Shown: piece by piece, positions 28,737 to 36,334 of the stretch | Layout: each line of letters opens with the position of its first letter | How positions within the stretch are numbered: the first letter of the stretch is position 1 | Source of the DNA: Parcubacteria group bacterium | GTDB taxonomy: Bacteria > Patescibacteriota > Minisyncoccia > Moranbacterales > UBA11712 | Assembly: GCA_041659065.1 (NCBI GenBank) | Contig: JBAZYY010000005.1 | Coordinates: forward strand, 974-64,973 | Length of the DNA stretch: 64,000 bases | Direction: 5' to 3' | The notes under the pieces: generated by a model | Told to the model about the DNA's origin: nothing | Seen by the model: only the letters and a program-made list of their open reading frames with translations | Databases searched by the model: none | Made by a program: the position numbers and the translations under genes

Positions 28737-30584
28737 TTAGGGATATTTAATTGGGTCAAATTGTTCACTGAAATCATCCGGCGATTTTTCCGCGCCAAGT
28801 GGCCAATCGCCAACCCTCAGATCTATGATTTTTGAATCGACAGCACCAAATTCCGTTGCCTCTCTGTGATCATTCATTATTCCATTTACAATAGACCGAT
28901 ATAAGCCATTTGTCGTGTACAAGCATCCTTTTTCACAACTTGCGCCAAGGCCATTCCATTTGCTTTGGCATTTCCTTCCCCAATCATAAGAAATTGGAAC
29001 AGAATCAGACATAAGTGGAGGAGGTCCCCACTTTGGTTTACCCTGTGTGCAATTATAATGCGAACCGCCAATAAACTTATTTGGATCCATTAAAGTACTC
29101 GTATATTCATCATCCAGAGCCCCAAGTATATGACCCCCCTGTTCATGCGCAAGTGAATTAGCTGTCGCTATCTCGCCGCCGCTGCAATATTCCGCTGCTA
29201 TGCCATCATTGCCGGCAAATCCTGCTGCTTTCATGGGTACCTGAGCCCACGCATGACCCCCAAAAAAAATTCCTGCATGAACATAACCATAGCTTGTAAA
29301 TATATTTCCGGTTGGGCAGTTATAGTCCCTCGCGCCTATTCTGTCAGACTTATATATGGCCAATTTGCTTTGGGTAAATTTTGGCATACGTTCATATCCT
29401 TGAGCCAGGCCTGAGGCTAACTCAGAAAATATCAAAAGTTCTTCGTCGTTGTTCCAATCATATTTCCAAACCATATTGGGATCACAAGGGGTCTCACCTT
29501 CTCGCATATATTCATTATTTCTCATAAGAATGAAAACAAAATCAGCGCCAGGGTCTCCTTTGAGAAGATGGCAGGTGTTGACTATTCCGCACTGGACGCA
29601 AGCATTTTTTATTGTGCTCACTATCCCAGCTTTGTTATTTTCATTGTTCGAATTTGTGCTTTCACTTGCATTAAATTTTGCTGAATCTGGTTCGGCGTAA
29701 GCCTTTGGAATCAAAAAACTATCAAGCCGTAAAGAAAATTTGTCATTTGTTTCGATACTGGCAGTCGTATTTGGACAAGAATTGATATAAACCTTTGCTT
29801 GATTGGAATTTTTATCCTGAAATTTAGCTTCGACATACGGAGCGCTTTCGGATGATGACCCAAGCGAGGTTGTCACAGCTTGGACAAGGCCTTTGGCGAC
29901 TTTGATTTGCGTCTCGTCGCTGGCTTTCCATTCGGCTTGGGAAGTGATATCTTCTTCGCTGGTTGTTCCGTCGCAGTAATATTTCCCAATGGCTTTCAGT
30001 TGTTTTGTTTTGCCTTTCTCGTCTCCGGACAAAGTGTCGAGAGCGACATAAAATCCGACTCCGTTATCTTTGATATTTTCGGTTTGTTCAGCGCACTGGA
30101 TGACAACCGATTCCAGTTTTTTGTTTTTCGAATCGCATTTACTTCCATTATTGGTATCACTACCTACCGTTTGATTACTTCCTTTTCCTGAACAATCGTG
30201 CTGCCACCAGTTCGCGCCTTTCCAGCCGGCGATATTCATAACCGCGTTCACAATCAGCCAGCCGCAAAGAGCAAAAGCAAATCCTCGCAAAGACCCTAGC
30301 AAAGCTTGCTGTGCAAAGGCGAGAGCCTTGGGAAATACACCAGCAATAATATATGACAATCCGCCTACAGTGATTCCAAGCACCGTCGCGGTAATGAGAA
30401 GCGACCCGGAGAGCCATTGAAAAATATTTGAAAAACCGACCAGGAGATAGCACAGGTTGCAGTCATTTTTACAAGGCACCAGCCCATCGGCGCAAGTTGA
30501 TTGCGAAGAAAAATAAAAAGCTAGGGCTACAGCCGCAATAGCCACAAGAATAATAACTTTATATTTTTTGATTTTTCCTTTCAA
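28737..30584 (-). CDS. Large hypothetical exported protein with an N-terminal double-helix hydrophobic module
   Basis: An N-terminal TM is followed by a Cys-rich linker and two further hydrophobic helices, in a VirB2/TrbC-pilin-like arrangement. The C-terminal region contains HEQGGH, which is not a canonical HExxH motif. Confidence 0.45.
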   Translation of the reverse strand: MKGKIKKYKVIILVAIAAVALAFYFSSQSTCADGLVPCKNDCNLCYLLVGFSNIFQWLSGSLLITATVLGITVGGLSYIIAGVFPKALAFAQQALLGSLRGFAFALCGWLIVNAVMNIAGWKGANWWQHDCSGKGSNQTVGSDTNNGSKCDSKNKKLESVVIQCAEQTENIKDNGVGFYVALDTLSGDEKGKTKQLKAIGKYYCDGTTSEEDITSQAEWKASDETQIKVAKGLVQAVTTSLGSSSESAPYVEAKFQDKNSNQAKVYINSCPNTTASIETNDKFSLRLDSFLIPKAYAEPDSAKFNASESTNSNNENNKAGIVSTIKNACVQCGIVNTCHLLKGDPGADFVFILMRNNEYMREGETPCDPNMVWKYDWNNDEELLIFSELASGLAQGYERMPKFTQSKLAIYKSDRIGARDYNCPTGNIFTSYGYVHAGIFFGGHAWAQVPMKAAGFAGNDGIAAEYCSGGEIATANSLAHEQGGHILGALDDEYTSTLMDPNKFIGGSHYNCTQGKPKWGPPPLMSDSVPISYDWGRKCQSKWNGLGASCEKGCLYTTNGLYRSIVNGIMNDHREATEFGAVDSKIIDLRVGDWPLGAEKSPDDFSEQFDPIKYP

Positions 30585-30601
30585 TGATTGTTTTCCTTTT
30601 T

Positions 30602-31174
30602 TTATTTTTTTCCCAAATTTTTTAGAGCCGCCCGCACTCTTTCCGAAACATCTTTCATGCTTTCCGGAACGACCTTGAGGGCATCGCGGGCTTGAGCATT
30701 CGTGTAGCCCAATGAAATCAGAGCCTCGATTGCTTCGGAATCCGCTTTAGCTGTTCCTTGATCTTCTCCTGGCAAATCCGCAATCCTGTTTTTAAGCTCA
30801 AGGATTACCCGCTCGGCGGTTTTTCTCCCCACGCCCGAAACACGCGTGAGAATCGAAGAATCTCCGCTAATGACTGCCGTGCGGATTGTTTTTGGTTCGG
30901 CAATCGACAGGATGCCAATCGCGGCCTTAGGCCCAATTCCCGAAATCGAGATCAGAAGCTCGAACATTTCGAGCTCCTCCAGGCTCAAAAATCCATAGAG
31001 CGCCAAGGTATCTTCGCGAACGTAGGTATGGGTGAAAAGTTCTATTTCATCTTTTCCGGCAATTTTTCCCATCGCAAAATCAGTAACGAATATCTTGTAT
31101 CCGATCCCGCCAACATTCACTACGACATAATTATCCCTGAAAAAGGCGATTTTCCCCGCTATTCTAGCAATCAT
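30602..31174 (-). CDS. ruvA: Holliday junction DNA helicase RuvA
   Basis: The N-terminus MIARIAGKI...VVVNVGGIGYKIFV matches RuvA. The HhH motif ISGIGPKAAIGIL and a C-terminal domain III are present. Confidence 0.85.
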   Translation of the reverse strand: MIARIAGKIAFFRDNYVVVNVGGIGYKIFVTDFAMGKIAGKDEIELFTHTYVREDTLALYGFLSLEELEMFELLISISGIGPKAAIGILSIAEPKTIRTAVISGDSSILTRVSGVGRKTAERVILELKNRIADLPGEDQGTAKADSEAIEALISLGYTNAQARDALKVVPESMKDVSERVRAALKNLGKK

Positions 31175-31270
31175 ATTTTGTATCTTGTATATAGTATCTA
31201 GTATTTAGTATATTATTTCAATAGCAGCTCCCATTTACAAAAGTTGATTATCATGTTAGAAATATAAGGT

Positions 31271-31332
31271 AATTTTCAACAATTTTTAATTTTCAACTGC
31301 AACTTTCAACTTTTAACTTTGAACTTTGCACT
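31271..31332. repeat. Heptamer-periodic repeats (AACTTTN units) upstream of rpsT
   Basis: The tract reads ttttcaacaatttttaattttcaactgcaactttcaacttttaactttgaactttgcacttga. Confidence 0.65.
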
Positions 31333-31346
31333 TGAGTATAACGAAC

Positions 31347-31616
31347 GTGCCAATCAAACAGAACGCCAAGAAATACATGCGTGCGTCAGCAAAACGCAAG
31401 GGGCAGAACCAAAAAACCAAGAAAGCTTTTCGCTCAGCGGTTAAGAAAACAATGGAGCTGGTAAGCGCCAGCAAATTTGACGAGGCGAAAGAAGCCCTGA
31501 AGTCGGCCGTGAAAGCCATCGACAAAGCCGCGCAGAAAAAAGCGATTGAGAAAAACACCGCGGCGAGAAAAAAATCCCGTTTGATGAAGATAATAAACAA
31601 AGCTTCAAAAAAATAG
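31347..31616 (+). CDS. rpsT: 30S ribosomal protein S20
   Basis: The sequence PIKQNAKKYMRASAKRKGQNQKTKKAFRSAVKK matches S20. The ORF track starts at ATG 31326, but a GTG at 31347 gives the canonical S20 N-terminus. Confidence 0.85.
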   Translation: MPIKQNAKKYMRASAKRKGQNQKTKKAFRSAVKKTMELVSASKFDEAKEALKSAVKAIDKAAQKKAIEKNTAARKKSRLMKIINKASKK

Positions 31617-31697
31617 TTTTCTCTTGTGAAATATAAAAGACCGCCCAGATTCTCACGAGAAGCTAGGCGGTCTTTTACTACACTGCGAACAGTTTCA

Positions 31698-32144
31698 TTA
31701 CTTTTTAAGTTTCCGCCGGAATATGCTCGTGTCCCGTTTTTCAAAATCAAGCTTTTGGTAAAACTTATGCGCTTTCACCCGATCATTGCGGCTCGAGAGG
31801 TCAATATGCTTCACTCTCTTTTTCTTCGCCTCGGAGATTAGATGCTCGGTTATCTTTTTCCCATGACCCTTCCCTTGGTGCTCCGGATGAACTACCACGT
31901 CTTCTATCCAGACAGATTTTTTTACCAAGGTATTAAAATAATGCAAGCTGCCCATACCGACGATTTTTCCATCGATATCAAAGAGATATATTTCCAGCAG
32001 CGGGTTATTTAATAATTCCTTGAGCCTTTTTTGATCCACACTGTAATTATTTGGCGATAGATGTCCTAACAAATTGTTAATCGAGTCAATCAGCTCATTT
32101 GTCAATTTAGTGTTATTTCTAAGTTTATATATTTTATGTTTCAT
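31698..32144 (-). CDS. GNAT family N-acetyltransferase
   Basis: The sequence WIEDVVVHPEHQGKGHGKKITEHLI carries the GNAT motif A. The start is set at MKHKIYK to avoid overlap with holA. Confidence 0.65.
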   Translation of the reverse strand: MKHKIYKLRNNTKLTNELIDSINNLLGHLSPNNYSVDQKRLKELLNNPLLEIYLFDIDGKIVGMGSLHYFNTLVKKSVWIEDVVVHPEHQGKGHGKKITEHLISEAKKKRVKHIDLSSRNDRVKAHKFYQKLDFEKRDTSIFRRKLKK

Positions 32145-32166
32145 TTCGTGTTTTATGCTATGTGAA

Positions 32167-33132
32167 TTATACCGCCGCAATGAACTTATCAAGCGCCAGT
32201 TCAATATCAATCTTGCCGGTTTTCACTTCAAAGTCCATGTTGCAAAGCTGCTGATATAGATTTTTCAAGCCCTCCCAAGAAAAACCTGCCCCTTGTTCCA
32301 AGCTTTTTCTCGCGACGAAAGGATGAATTTTCAGCATTCCCGCGATATCTTTTTGCGTAAAGCCCTTGTCCAAAAGAGGCTTTACTTTCACCAGATTTCT
32401 GAACTGATAAAAAAACATTGAGAGAATGTAGAAGGGATCATCGCCGGAGCTCAAGTGGTTATGCAGCAATCTCAACGCTTCTTTTTTGTCCCGGCGCGCG
32501 AGAGCGTCAACCGTCCTGAAAACATCACTTTCGATTTTTGCCTTGACCAGACGATCAATGTTGTCCTCTGATATCTCACCTTGGCTGACATAATCCACCA
32601 GCTTTTCTATCTCGTTACTCATGAGATATAAGTTGCTGCCTACGTATACTTCCAATTTGGCGATTGCTTTGGCATTGATTTTTACTTTCCCCCCGCTTCT
32701 CGAATCAACCTCTTCTTTGATCCAGTTTAGAAGTTTTACTCCCTCCAAGGATCCGAATTCCTGTGATTTGGCGATTTTTAAAAGCAACTTATATATCTTG
32801 TCTCTTTTATCGATCTTTTTCCCCTCCCAAAAGACTAGGATCAAATCCTTAGAATTTTCCTTGGCTTTTTCTTTTAAGAAGGAAATAAAGGCGTCATTTT
32901 CTGCCGCTAATCGGCTTGCGATTAAATTTTTCGCTATCACCAAACGTTTTTTGGAAAAAAGGCCTTCCGAGGAAGCGCTCATCGTGATAGCGCTTAAATC
33001 CTTTTTCTCTTCCGTCAGGTCAAAAACATCCAATGCGAAATTTTCCCGATTTTTTTCGAGGAACTTTTCTTTGATTTCGGAAATTTTCCGGAGCGAACGA
33101 AACTCGTCCTCCCCATATAAAAATATAATCAT
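32167..33132 (-). CDS. holA: DNA polymerase III delta subunit
   Basis: The N-terminus MIIFLYGEDEF and the overall length of about 320 aa fit HolA, as does the conserved C-terminal helical domain. The start is set at the MIIFLYGED Met. Confidence 0.65.
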   Translation of the reverse strand: MIIFLYGEDEFRSLRKISEIKEKFLEKNRENFALDVFDLTEEKKDLSAITMSASSEGLFSKKRLVIAKNLIASRLAAENDAFISFLKEKAKENSKDLILVFWEGKKIDKRDKIYKLLLKIAKSQEFGSLEGVKLLNWIKEEVDSRSGGKVKINAKAIAKLEVYVGSNLYLMSNEIEKLVDYVSQGEISEDNIDRLVKAKIESDVFRTVDALARRDKKEALRLLHNHLSSGDDPFYILSMFFYQFRNLVKVKPLLDKGFTQKDIAGMLKIHPFVARKSLEQGAGFSWEGLKNLYQQLCNMDFEVKTGKIDIELALDKFIAAV

Positions 33133-33182
33133 CGCAAAGCTTGCCCGCAATACCACGCAATGCGAGACGACAGGCAATACCT

Positions 33183-33214
33183 AAACTTCACACTTTTAAC
33201 TTTGCACTTTTAAC
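33183..33214. repeat. Heptamer repeats (ACTTTTAAC-type) between holA and the DUF3048 gene
   Basis: The tract reads aacttcacacttttaactttgcacttttaactag. Confidence 0.6.
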
Positions 33215-34335
33215 TAGCTTTGCGGTTCCCACTTCAGTGCTTGGCCCGGCTCCAGAACTTCAACCCAAAGTTGGCCAGGAACAAATTTAACTTCCTGCCC
33301 TTGGTCGTCATATAGAAAAAGCTTAGAAGCCCATTTGGACTTGTCTTTCTTCCAGCGCCCCTTGATCTCTTTACCGTTAAAATAGTAATAAGCATCCCCT
33401 TCGCTGACAGTATCAAACTGCGGGTCTCCGATCTGAACATTGTTATATTGTCCTTCAATCTGTTCGGAAGACGCAATCACTACAGCGATATTTTTAGGGG
33501 CGTTTCTTTTGCCGTTATTGGCGTCCACATCCGCGACTTTGTTCCAGGTACGAAGATAAGTGTTAGTGGCTTTGTCATAGTCGTAATCCACCGCGTAGGG
33601 ACCTGCAAATCCGACACGTAAATGCCCGCCATTTGGTCTCTGGTCAACCGGTGCCTCAGCTTGATGCGGATACCCCGTAAATTTGTCCGTCATATCATAG
33701 CCAGCGTCTTTGGCGCATTGAAGCAGCTTATCAAATTTGGCAAATCCGTTGTCCGGGGGTGCGATCCCTTCTTTCCTAAAACCACATTGCGGAGCCTTGT
33801 GCCCGAAACTCCCGTTCAGATCCAGATTATCAACTGCTCCTTTGTTCAGAATATCCCCCGCGAAGTGCGACCCTCCCCAATGGGTGAGAATTGCGTCCCA
33901 GCCGGCCGCAAGCGCGATATAATCATGCCGAGTAGAACGAATGGAGCCTACCTCGGTCGGATCATTGCAGACATAGAGCGCCATAAGACGCGTAATGCTC
34001 GCGGTTATGGCCGGCATCTCAAGGACCAAATCCGCGTCTGAGAAACCGCTATCCGGTCGCACGCTAAGATCGGCAGCCTCCATCACCGCAATCGGCCTTC
34101 GATTCCAATTCGCGCATTGCAGTCCCGAAAACGGACTTACATCGCCGGAATTCGCCGGAGCTCCCGTATCAACCTGGCCTTTCAGCGAATCCGTAAGAAG
34201 ATCATTCGCCTTTCTGTTGCCAAACCATCCCGAAAAATATCCGACAACCAAAATAATAACCGCTACTGCCACAATGCCCAGGATAGTCTTTTGTTTACCG
34301 CCCATCATGGCGATTTTGTTTATTAGCCCCTTCAT
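33214..34335 (-). CDS. DUF3048 (YerB-like) exported protein
   Basis: An N-terminal TM/signal is followed by the conserved PIAVMEAADLSVRPDSG...EMPAITASITRLMALY blocks typical of DUF3048. Confidence 0.55.
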   Translation of the reverse strand: MKGLINKIAMMGGKQKTILGIVAVAVIILVVGYFSGWFGNRKANDLLTDSLKGQVDTGAPANSGDVSPFSGLQCANWNRRPIAVMEAADLSVRPDSGFSDADLVLEMPAITASITRLMALYVCNDPTEVGSIRSTRHDYIALAAGWDAILTHWGGSHFAGDILNKGAVDNLDLNGSFGHKAPQCGFRKEGIAPPDNGFAKFDKLLQCAKDAGYDMTDKFTGYPHQAEAPVDQRPNGGHLRVGFAGPYAVDYDYDKATNTYLRTWNKVADVDANNGKRNAPKNIAVVIASSEQIEGQYNNVQIGDPQFDTVSEGDAYYYFNGKEIKGRWKKDKSKWASKLFLYDDQGQEVKFVPGQLWVEVLEPGQALKWEPQS

Positions 34336-34355
34336 AATTCGTTAGAAATAAAAAA

Positions 34356-35213
34356 TTATTTTTGGCACTTCGGGCAATAGAAGGTGCTTCTTTGCCCAAT
34401 CACCTTTCTTTGGATTATTGTACCACAAACCGCGCATTTTTTTCCAGCTCGGCGATAAACCTTGAGCGCTTTTTGAAAATTCCCGGGAGCCCCGCTCGTA
34501 TCCCGATAATCACTATCTGACGTTCCACGCATCCGAATGGCTTTTTTAAGTATTTTTTTGATTGCGGAATACAGCTTCTTGCGTTCAGCTAAGACCAGGC
34601 TTTGGGACGCACGATCCGGCAAAATACCGGCTTCGTGCAAAATTTCACTGGCGTAAATATTTCCAATGCCGGCAATAACAGTTTGATTTAGCAAAAGCTC
34701 CTTTATTTTTGTCTTGCGACCGTCTAGTATCTTATTCAGCTTAAGCAGATCGAAAGAAGAGCTCATGGCATCAACCCCTAAATCTTTAATGCCCTTCACC
34801 TGATACAGTTTTCCTGCGTCGGCTAATATTAATTTTCCAAATTTTCGCACGTCTGAAAATTCAATTGTCTTCCCGCCTTTCAAATAGAAGATATGACGAA
34901 CATACTGATTCACCCTGTCCTCAAAATAATCCCTTCCATAACTTTTCACTTTTAACTTTTCACTTTTAACTAGTAAGTGTCCTGTCATCCTGAGATGCAT
35001 GGCAATTGCCTTCCCGCCGTCCAAATTCAAGATAATATACTTCCCTTTCCTCTCAACATTAATAATTTTTTTGTTTTTAATGGCTTCCCTGAATTTTGCG
35101 ACAGGATTATTCAGACCTTTCGCCCAAGCACTCCAAAAACTGACGATAGTCTCGCCTTTAATTTTGCGGTTCAAATCGTCGACAATTGTCTGCACTTCGG
35201 GAAGTTCCGGCAT
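34356..35213 (-). CDS. mutM: Formamidopyrimidine-DNA glycosylase
   Basis: The catalytic N-terminus MPELPEVQT is present, with an H2TH motif and a C-terminal zinc finger CAVCGTIIQRKVIGQRSTFYCPKCQ. A heptamer-repeat tract (34941-34973) lies in frame. Confidence 0.9.
   Translation of the reverse strand: MPELPEVQTIVDDLNRKIKGETIVSFWSAWAKGLNNPVAKFREAIKNKKIINVERKGKYIILNLDGGKAIAMHLRMTGHLLVKSEKLKVKSYGRDYFEDRVNQYVRHIFYLKGGKTIEFSDVRKFGKLILADAGKLYQVKGIKDLGVDAMSSSFDLLKLNKILDGRKTKIKELLLNQTVIAGIGNIYASEILHEAGILPDRASQSLVLAERKKLYSAIKKILKKAIRMRGTSDSDYRDTSGAPGNFQKALKVYRRAGKKCAVCGTIIQRKVIGQRSTFYCPKCQK
34941..34973. repeat. Heptamer tandem repeat (TTTTCAC/TTTTAAC x4) inside mutM
   Basis: The tract reads acttttcacttttaacttttcacttttaactag and encodes KVKSEKLKVKS. 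Confidence 0.7.
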
Positions 35214-35227
35214 ATTCGCTATCGCTC

Positions 35228-35296
35228 AAATTAAAAGTTAAAAATGTCATGCCCTAGGCAGATCAGCCTATGGCTGAAAAAGTTAAAAGTTTTTAG
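35228..35296. repeat. AAAAGTT-type heptamer repeats flanking a CCTAGG-centred segment, between mutM and the TrmB gene
   Basis: The two flanks are aaattaaaagttaaaaatg ... gaaaaagttaaaagttttt. Confidence 0.5.
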
Positions 35297-35306
35297 ATTC
35301 AATCAC

Positions 35307-36089
35307 TTAGCTCTCGCTTTCGTATTGCTTAGCAATCTTCCACAAAGTTTCAAAAAATTGCTTGTAGCTACCAGCAATAACACGGCTTGATATAGTGAAA
35401 TTTGTCACTGGTTCTCCAAAAATGTTGAACCCGATCGCTTCCGGCCAGATGTTGGTGTTAACCATTCCGGTGAATAACCCTGGCAAGACCCGATAATCAA
35501 AAATCTTTCGGCTTCTTTTACTTTTTCCCAGATATTCCTTTTGATCCTCGCTTCCAATGTACCGAGTGGATATTTTTTTAGCGAGGCGCAGTTTTTCATA
35601 CGTTTTAATTTCTTCTCCCATATTTTCGGAAAATTTATCCCCAGCGCCGCCGATAATAAGGAGTTCCGAATTTCCCGGAGCTAAATTCAGCAGGTCAAAT
35701 TCGTGAGTAGTATATGACTCTTTCCCTTGAAATACTTCGAATTCATTCCGAGTTGGAATCAAAATCATTTCATTTAATTTTTCCGCGACTTCTTCCGCCA
35801 TTCTTTTTTGACGGTCGATCATCCCCACTAAGGTTTTTGGATTTTTCGCGCTGAATTTTTTGCGGCCGTGCTTCACTATATGCTGTACCAGTCCTTTTTG
35901 CTCGAGAGTCTCCAAAGAATTATAGATAAATTGGCCATGCAGGCCGGTTTTCTTCACAATTTTTGAACTCCCAACTTCCCCCAGCTCCAAAAGCGCCAGA
36001 TAGACCAAAGCCTCTTTTTCCTTGAGCCCCAGCTCTTTTAGACTGGCCTTAATTCCACTATTATCATTTTTATCAATATTTATTGACAT
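35307..36089 (-). CDS. TrmB-family transcriptional regulator
   Basis: The N-terminal wHTH KEALVYLALLELGEVGSSKIVKKTGLHGQFIYNSLETLEQKGLV is present. The gene is divergent from the carbamoyltransferase operon. Confidence 0.7.
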   Translation of the reverse strand: MSINIDKNDNSGIKASLKELGLKEKEALVYLALLELGEVGSSKIVKKTGLHGQFIYNSLETLEQKGLVQHIVKHGRKKFSAKNPKTLVGMIDRQKRMAEEVAEKLNEMILIPTRNEFEVFQGKESYTTHEFDLLNLAPGNSELLIIGGAGDKFSENMGEEIKTYEKLRLAKKISTRYIGSEDQKEYLGKSKRSRKIFDYRVLPGLFTGMVNTNIWPEAIGFNIFGEPVTNFTISSRVIAGSYKQFFETLWKIAKQYESES

Positions 36090-36150
36090 TATTCACAATA
36101 TTAGCCTTTTTATAGCTCCATTGTATCACATATTTTATCATCAATCAATA

Positions 36151-36179
36151 TTGACATTATCCCATTTTTATTATATACT
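36151..36179 (+). promoter_or_regulatory. Candidate sigma-70 promoter TTGACA-N17-TATACT for the carbamoyltransferase operon
   Basis: The promoter reads ttgaca ttatcccatttttatta tatact. It lies about 155 nt upstream of ATG 36335, so a long 5' leader is implied. Confidence 0.45.
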
Positions 36180-36334
36180 TTAGCGTCACAGTAGAAAACT
36201 CGACTTTGAGAGTGAGAATATTAATAAAGCTTATACTCCACGATAATCTAAAGTAAAATCAGAGAGTTTTTTCGAGATCACCGTAATCACTGAAAATCAC
36301 CTATTCTCGAAAAATTTACAAATAATTAGAGACT

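Noticed and set aside
28737-30584. A zinc metalloprotease (HExxH) assignment for the 615-aa exported protein
   Set aside because: The only candidate is HEQGGH (HEx3H), which is not the zincin motif. No Met-turn or third ligand pattern was recognised.
36079-36165. A direct repeat ATTGACATTAT (x2, about 70 bp apart) in the TrmB/carbamoyltransferase divergent region as a TrmB operator
   Set aside because: One copy is simply the -35 of the TTGACA promoter and the other overlaps the TrmB start codon. Two copies of a promoter-like hexamer are insufficient to infer a specific operator.
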